Below, in pieces: positions 26,232 to 36,330 of a stretch of DNA of 64,000 nt. A model generated the notes under the pieces. The model saw only the letters and a program-made list of their open reading frames with translations. It had not been told where the DNA came from and ran no database searches. The DNA is from Torpedo marmorata (Eukaryota). The position numbers and the translations under genes were made by a program. The DNA is taken from positions 98,146,001 through 98,210,000 of the forward strand of contig OZ360229.1 in assembly GCA_977017645.1 (NCBI GenBank). Direction: 5' to 3'. Position 1 is the first letter of the stretch; each line of letters begins with the position of its first letter.

Positions 26232-27540
26232 ATATCATATCTAAAGGAGACCAGTCAGACATGATTATTACAGCCTATAGTGAAGAATTTGAAATACCAT
26301 AAGTGAATGAATTGACAATAAAAATAGAAAATGTTAGAACCATCTCGCAGACATTATCAATGGGGAGAGAAAATAAAGCCGACTTTTCAGATGAAGAATC
26401 CTTCATCAGTGTAAGAGCCGTAGGCTCGTTAACTTACCGTTGTTGCGGCGCTCCGATGTCTCGTCGGGCCTTGGAGCGCTCGCGTTGTTATGTAGGCCGT
26501 CCTCGGAGCGCTCCGAGGCCACGTCGGGCCATGGAGCGCTCGCGTTGTTCTGTAGGCCGCCGTCGGCCCGTTTCTTTGATCTGCGCATGCGCGGGAGTGC
26601 CGACGGACACATGCGCAGTATGGAGTGACGTCATTGTGCGCGTGGGAGGCTGGGAATTGTAGTATGCGCGGTGGAGGGTGCGCAGAGCCATTAGGAGTGA
26701 CGGAGGATGCGCAAATCAAGTTTAGAGAGAGAGAGAGAGAGATAGAGAAGGAAAGGAAAAGATGTATGGAGGGTGAGTCTGGTCTCCACATCTTTATTGA
26801 CCGTTTTATTGACCGTTTTATATCGTTTTATAATGTTTTTATAACTTCAACATCATCTCCAGTGTTTCATATCGTTTTGGAATTGTTTAAGGAATAATTT
26901 AAAGGAACTCATCATACATCGTTTACAAGAACTGTTTATATTAAAGTCATTGAAGATTACTGCAAGTCATGTGTGAAAATAAAGGTTTTGAACATATTGG
27001 ACTTTGTTAGTAAATTAATTAAAAACGCGTCAAAAGCAAGGACCACACTTAGCCTCCAGGTGACTATTGGTGGAGCGAAGTCACCATTACTTATAGTCAA
27101 TAAAGGGCTGGCTGTTTGGAACAGAAGTTTGAAGGAAAGAAGATAGAAAAAACTCTCTGTGCTTTGGACTGATATAAATTGGTGGCCATTTTGGAGATGC
27201 CTCGAGTTGGGGGCAGTTTGTAATCCACTTCCATCTGCCATGAATAACAGCCAGAGAGGGATTTAAAGCTTCAAATCTTATAATAAAGTGTCCTATAAAT
27301 ACGTTGGAGAAACCATTTTTGGAAAATCAGTGATATTAGTGACGGATGTTGTGGTTGAAACTCGTTTGTGGATTGCAGCACATTACAGTCATTAGAAGTG
27401 GTAGGCATAAGTCTGTGGACTCCTTCTGTGTATCTTTAGCAAGTAAGAACACAGATTGGAATTGCTGCCGCTGGTCCATTGGGGACTGTTGTTTGGCTAG
27501 TGTTGTGTATGCTTGAAGGAAAGAGGAACAAGACGAGTAA

Positions 27541-30500
27541 AATGGCCGCAGCAGCCACTGATACAGCAGCTACTGATTTATCAGCAGCTGACGCAGCAAC
27601 CGCTGATGTTGCTGTTGAGGACCAACGTATTGAAGACATGAAGGTTGCGGATATTAAAGAAGAATTGAAGCGACTGAATAAGGACATAAGTGGAAATAAA
27701 AAGGTTCTTATTGAAAGATTGAAGCAGGCAAAGGATGAAGAGGCAGCTTTATTAGTTGAACAAGAAGATAACTTGGAAATGGCTGAAATTGTGTCAACAA
27801 ATGATGAACAATTTGAATTGGATAAAGAGGTAAGTATGAAGACAACATATGAACTGCAGGACGAAATACAAGCAAGTGACAGTGTCTCAAATGCTGAAAG
27901 CAGGAGAAGCAAAAGAAGTTCTGGTTCAAGCTCCAGAGTTTCTCGTACTTCAAGTTCTGCATCGTCACGTACAAAGGTTGATGTTAAATTGGCCGCTCTT
28001 CTTGCACAACAAAAAACGCTTAAGGATAAATTTATATTAGAACAAGAGGAGGAGCAGCTAAGACAAAATGAGAAGCAGCTAAAGGAGCGGCTAAGACAAG
28101 AGGAGGAGCAGCTAAGACAAAAGGAGGAGCAGCTAAAGGAGCAGCTAAGACAAGAGAGGGAGCAGCTAAGACAGAGAAAAGAACTGCAGGAGCTGGAAGC
28201 AAACATTGCTATTGCCAAGGCAGAAAAGAAAGCAATAGAAGGCTCAATGGTATCTGGTGCTAGCAGTAAATTATCTAAATTGTCTGATAATAAAAGGTCA
28301 TATTTAAAAAAGGAGTCACAGGAAAAGAAACCAACCAAAAGGATAGATATTTTAGAACCAAGGATACAAAACTTACATATACAACGTCAAACCTTTCAAG
28401 AGCATTTTGGTATCGAGTCACATGTACCAATGGTAACATCTGAAAGCAAAGCTGCAGATTGGGTTCGGTCGAACGAAGTAGCTTCTTTGTTATGTGAGTC
28501 AAGCATCAGAAATATGGAAGAAACTACACCAGTAAGGTATCCAGATACATTGCATGCAACAAGAAACAGTGAACAGAGCAATGTATTGTCATCCAAGGAA
28601 AGACAAAATGAAATTGCTGCATCATTGTTTCAGTTACAGTCTCTCTCTTCTTTACCCAAGAAAGAGATACAAACTTTTGATGGTGATCCACTTCAATATC
28701 AATCATTTATGAGATCTTTCAAACGCAATATTGAAGATAAATGCCAAGATCGTGATGAATGTCTTTATTATTTGGAAATGTTTACAAAGGGACATCCAAA
28801 AGAACTGGTTAAAAGTTGTAAACAAATGTCTTCAGGAAGAGGATTAGACAAAGCTAAGGATTTATTGGAACAATATTTTGGCAACAAGCAACGAATTGCT
28901 TTAGCTTATATGGATAAAGCTCTTAAATGGACATCAATAAAACAAAATGATGTAAAGGCTCTGCAAGAGTTTACTCTGTTTTTAAGAGGATGTTGTAATG
29001 CTATGGAAGAAATCGATGGTATTCGTGAGCTTGATGTGCATAGTAATATGCGAATCATTTTAGAAAAATTACCTTACAAGGTGTGGGATAGATGGAGAAA
29101 TTTGGCTTGTGATTTACAAGTAAATTATGGTCGAAAAATTACTTTAAAGGATTTGGTAAATTTTCTTGAACGACAAGTGTATGTTGAAACAGATCCACTA
29201 TATGGAAATACAAGAGATAATTCAATGGGCAAAGATGTAAGAAAGTCTAATTCACAGTCTAGTCCGAAAGTGAAAAGGAGTACATTTGCTACTAATGTGC
29301 AAGTTATAAGTAAAGAAAATGACAAAGTAAATAAGGAAAAGGAAAGTTTGCCTAATGAAAGGAGTTGTTTGTTCTGTAAAGGTGGACATGCTTTGGAAAT
29401 GTGTTTACGATTGGAAAAGAAGGAACATAAGGAAAAGATCGCTTTCTTAAAGGAAAATGGAATATGTTTTAGCTGTCTGTGTAAAGGGCACATCAGTAAA
29501 AACTGCGAGAAGCGAATTAATTGTAAAATATGCAATTTGAAACATCCTAGAATTTTGCATATCCATAACAGAAACAAGGAATTGGAAAAGGAGCAAACAG
29601 AAACAAAGGAAACAACAGAAAATAATGTTATAACCTCGGTTCAGACAAGTGGTCTTACTGGGGCCGGGGTGAATAACTGCAAACTTTCAATAGTACCTGT
29701 ACAAGTCAAGGCCAAGAAAGGGGATGCAATAGTAAAAACATATGCATTTCTAGACCCAGGCAGCACTGCATCTTTTTGCACGGAAGGACTAATGAATAAA
29801 CTTAATATTCAAGGAAGAAGATCAAAAATTATGTTAAAAACCATGGGTCAAGAAAAGGTTGTTGAAACTAACATTGTTTCAGGCTTAGAGGTTGCTGGAT
29901 TGGATGACAAAAAATTTTGTGATCTTCCAAGTGTATATACTCAGAAGACTATGCCTGTGAATGAAGGAAATATTCCTCATCAAAGGGATATCCATCATTT
30001 AGCTTATCTATGGAAGGTTTATTTACCTGAAATTAATTCTGAAATAGAAATGCTGATTGGTTCAGATGTGCCAAAGGTTTTGGTACCAAAAGAAGTAATA
30101 GAGAGTAAAAGGAATGGACCTTACGCTATTAGAACCATACTTGGTTGGGCAATCAATGGACCAATGGAAAGAAATAATGATATTGCTCAGGAACAGGTAG
30201 CGATAAATGTTAATAAAATTTCAGTTGAGAAATTTGAAGAGTTAAGAGAAGAGCAAAAAACCGTGAATAAGAAAATTACTTATGAAGAAAAGAAAACAGA
30301 TCAATGTAACAATAAATCAGTGGTATTTAAAACAACATTGAAGAAATTAATTTCGTCAGAAATGGATGAAAGTGAAGTATTAGAAGATATTGCAAATAAT
30401 ACTATTGATCATTCATGTGTAATTGAATCAGATACAGGAATAAAACAAGTGACTGAAAACAAATCTGAATGTAGATTTTGTAGTTCAGAGATTACAATTG

Positions 30501-31231
30501 ACAAAGCTAATGAAGAATTATTGCAATGTGATGTAAAAATGGAGAACACAGAAAATTGTGCTGATGGAATAAAGAATAATAATTTAATGCAATTGAATCC
30601 AGAGAACAAAATGATGAAAGGGGAATTGGAAATATTAGATAATCAAGAAAACAGTAAACAGAAAGATTTAATTGTAAGTAAAACTCGCAAAGTCAGAAAG
30701 CGGAAGAAAAGAATAACTGCTGAAGAAATGAATACAGTTATTGAGGAAAGGGATTCAGCATTATCAAAATGTAAAAGGTTGGAGGAAGAGATTAATGTTT
30801 TGAAAGAGATCAAGTTATTGGTTAATAACACAAAACAGTTAACTTTTAAAACCAATCAAGAATGTAAATTGAATGTTCAACAATTAACAATGCAGAAAGA
30901 ATGTGAAATTGCATTGCAGAAATGTAACAAGCAAGACGAAGAAATTAAAAAATTTCAAGTATGCCGCAACAGGATTGACAATGGAACTATCAATGTATCG
31001 CATGATATTTTGACTTCAGATCAAATTATTAATTTCTCGGAAGGAGCTGAGACTGAATTGAAAGTTGCGAAATTGGATTTAGCATTGCAGGAAAGAGCAA
31101 TAGAAACCAGAGTGGTTAAACAGACCTGTTTAAAATCGAAAGAATCAGATAAATATTCAAATTCTAATTCTAAGAGTTTAAATTCTTCACATGAGAAGTG
31201 GAATACTGAAGAAAGGAATAAAGTGAAATGA
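27541..31231 (+). CDS. BEL/Pao SAP-Gag-protease polyprotein fused to a MIPOL1-like coiled-coil C-terminus; no RT/RNase H/integrase
   Basis: Open frame 27479-31231; SAP-like MKVADIKEELKRLNKDISGNKKVLIERL, FDGDPLQYQSF (DUF1759-like gag), three Cys/His knuckles, AFLDPGSTASF protease, PYAIRTILGWAINGP, then RITAEEMNTVIEERDSALSKCKRLEEEI. Confidence 0.88.
30362..31130 (+). other. MIPOL1: captured, intronless MIPOL1-like host gene segment within the BEL ORF
   Basis: RITAEEMNTVIEERDSALSKCKRLEEEI...NNTKQLT...NQE...LTMQKECEIALQKCNKQDEEI matches recalled vertebrate MIPOL1 RITAEEMSALIEERDAALSKCKRLEQEL...NNMRHLT...NQE...LSMQQARETAVQQYKKLEEEI. Confidence 0.75.
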
Positions 31232-31339
31232 CGTGCTGAAGAAGTGCCTTGTGTTAAATTCAAAAGAAAAACTGTATCTATTTTGTCTGAGGAGGATTTG
31301 AAGTTTACTGGTTGACGTTTTAACTCAAAGATTATAGAG

Positions 31340-31530
31340 ATAAAAGAACTTTAAAGAGACATTGTGATTGTTATGGATGGTTCAACTTCAAGAAATTCCT
31401 GGTTACTTGGAAAAGATTATTGAGACTTTTCAAGACAAAGAGGACTTGTGCGTCAAGTGCGAATTAAAACTAAGACTGGTTTTTCGAAACAGAACTATTA
31501 ACAAGGTCTGCCTTTTGTTGGAGACAGAGG
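31340..31530 (+). pseudogene. decayed BEL integrase C-terminal remnant (DUF5641-like)
   Basis: DIVIVMDGSTSRNSWLLGK / GLVRQVRIKTKTG / INKVCLLLE in shifting frames. Confidence 0.75.
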
Positions 31531-32519
31531 AACTTTGATAAATATAAACTGACTTTATTTGTTGTTGTATATTTCACAGGTTACAGACTTTTGTTGAATC
31601 AGAGTTATGGTAAACTCTAGATTTATGAAGAAGGAAGAAAGAAGATTTGTATTGTTTTGAATATTATGGTTATTATTATTTATAGTGTAATTATTATTCA
31701 AGACATTACGTCTAATTATAATAATTAGGGGCCGGTGTAAGAGCCGTAGGCTCGTTAACTTACCGTTGTTGCGGCGCTCCGATGTCTCGTCGGGCCTTGG
31801 AGCGCTCGCGTTGTTATGTAGGCCGTCCTCGGAGCGCTCCGAGGCCACGTCGGGCCATGGAGCGCTCGCGTTGTTCTGTAGGCCGCCGTCGGCCCGTTTC
31901 TTTGATCTGCGCATGCGCGGGAGTGCCGACGGACACATGCGCAGTATGGAGTGACGTCATTGTGCGCGTGGGAGGCTGGGAATTGTAGTATGCGCGGTGG
32001 AGGGTGCGCAGAGCCATTAGGAGTGACGGAGGATGCGCAAATCAAGTTTAGAGAGAGAGAGAGAGAGATAGAGAAGGAAAGGAAAAGATGTATGGAGGGT
32101 GAGTCTGGTCTCCACATCTTTATTGACCGTTTTATTGACCGTTTTATATCGTTTTATAATGTTTTTATAACTTCAACATCATCTCCAGTGTTTCATATCG
32201 TTTTGGAATTGTTTAAGGAATAATTTAAAGGAACTCATCATACATCGTTTACAAGAACTGTTTATATTAAAGTCATTGAAGATTACTGCAAGTCATGTGT
32301 GAAAATAAAGGTTTTGAACATATTGGACTTTGTTAGTAAATTAATTAAAAACGCGTCAAAAGCAAGGACCACACTTAGCCTCCAGGTGACTATTGGTGGA
32401 GCGAAGTCACCATTACTTATAATCAGACTTGGGAAATGTGTAGAAAAAAAATAGAAACAGAAAAGAAATAAGAAACAAATTAAAATAGAAAGGTGCAGCC
32501 ACATCAATGGAGAGAAAAA

Positions 32520-33190
32520 AAGGTAATTGCCTAAAATTTTAAATTCAATATTGAGTTGAGAGGGCTGCAAAGTGTCTAAACACTCACATTGGGCATCAGT
32601 GGAGTAACGTAAAAGGCCAAAGCCAGAGTGGGGTGGAAAATTACAGTGACAGGTGACTCGAAGGCCATGCATGGTTGCCCTTTGCAAACTTTCAATTAGC
32701 TTATTTTTAGCAGGGTCCGAATAGATATTGGTTGTTAATTCTGCAAAGGGTGAAGCTATGTTTTGAGTCACCCTTCACGTTAATTCTTCTTCTAACTCCT
32801 ACTTAAAACTCTCTGTCTTTGGCCTCCTACTGTGCTCTAATGATCTGCAAGGTAACCTTGAGTAAGAACACATCATCCTCTGATTGGACATGTTATAGTC
32901 TTCAGGACAATAAAAAATTAACAATTTCAGGTAACCTGGTGGTGATTTTCTTCCTTTTCTGTCTTTAGCTGCTGTTTTATAAAGTGATTGTTACCTTGAC
33001 AACTTTTGTCTGCATCCTCATTGCAACATTCCGTCTGTGGTCAACATCACACCCTTTCTCTGAGACTTATATTGTTTTTACACTTCCCTCATTTGGATGA
33101 AGGGTCCTTTACCTGAGTGCAACCCTATTCCCAGATGCTGCTTGACTTACTTGTTCAGTGCTTCCAGCATTTTCTACTTTTATTTGGATT
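32520..33190. repeat. old Penelope-like element remnants in both orientations
   Basis: Minus strand LDTLQPSQLNIEF; plus strand LSVFGLL..EHIIL..; gatgaagggtc...gatgctgcttgac tail. Confidence 0.45.
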
Positions 33191-33584
33191 CTTATTATCT
33201 AGTTTTAGGCTTCAATTACTGAGTGAATTTATAACTGGTTAATTTTATAACCTTTTATATATTGTATCACTAAGTTCACATGTATAGAATTGCTTGCTTG
33301 CATGAAGTTTACTTTCTATTAAAGCCGTGCAGCTTTATTAATCAAGAGTACGTCGAGGAAATGAGTGTACTGTTAGGTTTCACCTTTAAACATTATTATA
33401 CTGAACACTGTTGTTCAGTTTGAGAAAAGCTGTGCTCAGTCAAACATGAACCACTCTGATTGATAGAACCTGTAGTGATACCAAAGAAACTCACAATCAC
33501 TAAATTTCACACAACTTATTTGGTCATGGGTGTATTTGAGTGGTGTGGGCTGTTACTGTGCTGTATCTCCAAATTAAAAATTAA

Positions 33585-34080
33585 ACTCTTGCAAATTTCT
33601 ACAGGTGTACCATGGAGAGCATTCTGACTGGTTGCATCACTATCTAGTCTGGAGATGCCAATGCACAGGGCAGGAAAAGGCTCCAGAGGGTTGTAAACTC
33701 GGCCAGCGCCATCATGGGCATTAGTCTTCACTCCATTAAGGACATTGTAACAGGTGGTGTCTCAAGAAAGCAGCCTTTATCATTAAGGACCCTTACCACA
33801 CAGGCCATTCCCTCTTCTCACTCATCAGGAAGGAGGTACAGGAGCCTGAAAACGAACACCCAATGTTACAAAAACAGCTTATTCCCCTCCGCCATCAGAT
33901 TTCTGAATGGACAATGAACCGTAGACTCTACCTCACTTTTTTTTTCTTCTTTTGCAACTAATTTTGTTTTAGTTTATTTACAGAAATGTGATTTATAGCA
34001 ATTTTTGCACCTGTAATGCACAATACTGCTGCCACAAAACAAATTTTGTAACACATGTTCATAACAATAAACCTGATTCA
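33585..34080 (+). mobile_element. Rex1/Babar LINE 3' fragment
   Basis: SGRRYRSLKTNTQCYKNSLFPSAIRFLNG followed by aataaacctgattc tail; same subfamily as the split LINE at 8203-25396. Confidence 0.8.
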
Positions 34081-34979
34081 ATCACTTTTAATTTTCCTAT
34101 GACAGTGTTAAGTGAAGGAATCTAAGATGGGTAAGGGTCATGATCCCACTAAATAGTGAAATCAACATGAAGGACTGATAATTAGCTGCATGTGTACTTT
34201 TTCAAGTATAGTTACAAAGACAATGTAGGCAACACATACAGCAAAATGACATTGTGTTAATTTAGAGAAAAAAATCTTTAAATTGAGCTTTATCTAAAGC
34301 ACTTAACATGTGTTAGGAAAAAGTTAATGTTCTGCTGTTAGAATGTGCTTTTAAAATGCTCTTTGAAATAGCAGCTGCATGCCTGTGCAGACATGTGAAA
34401 CCAAAAACCAGACAGGGGGAGTGTTTTGCAATTAAATGCTAGAATTGAAATAGGGTAGTGGCAAAAGCTTGCGATAGGGGCGAACGTATGGTACTGCAAA
34501 CAAAGAAACAGTGATGGGGGATGAAATGCCTAAGAAGTACATGATGATAAGGGGTAGAACAGAATGTGAACTCATGTAACCTGTGAGTAAAATAAATGTA
34601 TAAAAGGCTGCTACACTGATGGAAAGGCACTCAACTGCTCTGACAGCAAGTTGAGTCCAAATCTGCAGACTTGTTACAATTAAAAGTCAACCGCTGCTGC
34701 TTTTGCTGAGACTCCGTGTGAGTTCTTTTCTGACAACTTGGGGGCTCGTCCGGGATCCCCACTCCGGTCGTGAGGGTCGAGAGAAGGGACATCGGAGAAG
34801 GTGCACCCCGCCGAGTTCGGCGGTCCCCGACTCCTTGCTCGTCGTACCCACGCGGCTTGAGCGAGTGATATCCGGACAGCGCAGAGCGGAAGACTGGGAA
34901 GAAGTAGAAGGACGGTCCAGGGCGGCACACCGGGTAAGTGAGTACGACGGTACTACTAGGATAAGGTGTGACCGGGCGA

Positions 34980-35256
34980 AAGGGAGCAAAAGGAGAGTTC
35001 GGGTGTATTCCCGAAGGTACCTCCAGATTGTCCCCTAGACAGGCTCAAAGAAAAGGGAGCCGAAGGAGAGTTCGGGTGTATTCCCGAAGGTACCTCCAGA
35101 TAGTCCCCTAGACAGGCTCAAAGAAAAGGGAGCCGAAGGAGAGTTCGGGTGTATTCCCGAAGGTACCTCCAGATAGTCCCCTAGACAGGCTCAAAGAAAA
35201 GGGAGCCGAAGGAGAGTTCGGGTGTATTCCCGAAGGTTCCTCCAGATAGTCCCCTC
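34980..35256 (+). repeat. 73-bp tandem repeat (~3.7 copies) covering the gag 5' end
   Basis: aggagagttcgggtgtattcccgaagg starts at 34991, 35064, 35137 and 35210. Confidence 0.9.
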
Positions 35257-35262
35257 GGGAGA

Positions 35263-36330
35263 ATGTTAGCAAATTGGGATTTGGGACGGACGAGAGGAAA
35301 GCAGAAAATGAAAATGATCGGGTTTAGTAGTTTATGGTCAAAGCAACCGATAAAAGGGCAGTCAGTTTGGTGGCCACCATTTGGGTCAGATGAGGGATGG
35401 GTAAGGCAGGCTCTGAATGTGTATGTAAATTCTAAGCCTCATCCGCAGGCGGATGAAAGGGAATATGCCTCCTGTTGGGTCCCAGGGCCCGGGGATTCAA
35501 CAAGAAGTTTTAAAATGCAAACGAAGAAGGACGAAGGAGAAGCCCCCTGGGAAGTATTAAACCACCTACCTCCTCCTTACACCCCTCCACCACTAAATCC
35601 TGAGGTCTCAGCCCCTGAAGCAGTGCCCTCTCATGAAGAAGTAAATGGACAGGAAAGGGGAGAGAGAGAAGAAGGGAGGGATCCCCCGGATGACAGCTGC
35701 CGAAGGAAGATAATGACAAGGGCTGAGACCAGACGAGGGCTGGAAGACGAGGACGGGGCAAAAATATGCCCATTAAGAGAGGTACCTATGGGAGGTCCCG
35801 ACGGAGGGACCGGGTATGTGAATGTGCCTCTAACAAGTACAGAGGTGCGAGCCTTCAAGAAGGAAACTAAAAATTTACTTGAAGATCCAATGGGACTAGC
35901 GCAACAATTAGACCAGTTCTTGGGTCCCAACATATATACCTGGGATGAAATGTATGCCATAATGGGAACGTTGTTTTCCGCCCAAGAAAGGCAGATGATC
36001 AGACAGGCGGCCATCGTGGTATGGGAAAGGGAGAGGCCGCAAGGGGCAGCAGTAAACGGAGAGCAGAAATTTCCCCTAGTGGATCCACGATGGGATAAGC
36101 AGACCGAGGAAGGACGAATGTTGGAACAAGTACTGGCTGAGTTTCAATGCAGTCCTGAAAACCAGTTACTACAATATATAGATGATTTACTTCTTTCCGG
36201 ACCTGAGGAGGGTGAAATCAGAGAAGACACTATCAGACTGCTAAATTTCTTAGGGGGCAAGGTCTCAGGGTCTCCAAGACAAAGTTACAATTTGTGGAAA
36301 AAGAAGTCCGATATTTGGGCCATGTATTAA
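35263..36330 (+). pseudogene. gag: truncated Gag (MA, PPPY late domain, CA N-terminal part) fused to RT YIDD segment
   Basis: WPPFGS, PPPY, PLREVP, then WDKQTEEGR joined directly to MLEQVL...LLQYIDDLLL at ~36118; NC and protease absent. Confidence 0.85.

Larger units (their letters stand above)
26410..32421 (+). mobile_element. BEL/Pao LTR retrotransposon, non-autonomous, very young
   Basis: 686-bp LTRs 26410-27095 and 31736-32421 with no difference seen by eye, 5-bp TSD atcag, PPT-like aattaggggccgg before the 3' LTR, termini TG...TA. Confidence 0.95.

Noticed and set aside
27436-28338. 300-aa antisense ORF
   Set aside because: Shadow of the repetitive coiled-coil sense ORF; low-complexity Ser/Cys content
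34980-35256. Regularly spaced repeats resembling a CRISPR array
   Set aside because: Whole 73-bp units are repeated with no unique spacers; they lie in a retroviral leader in a vertebrate genome
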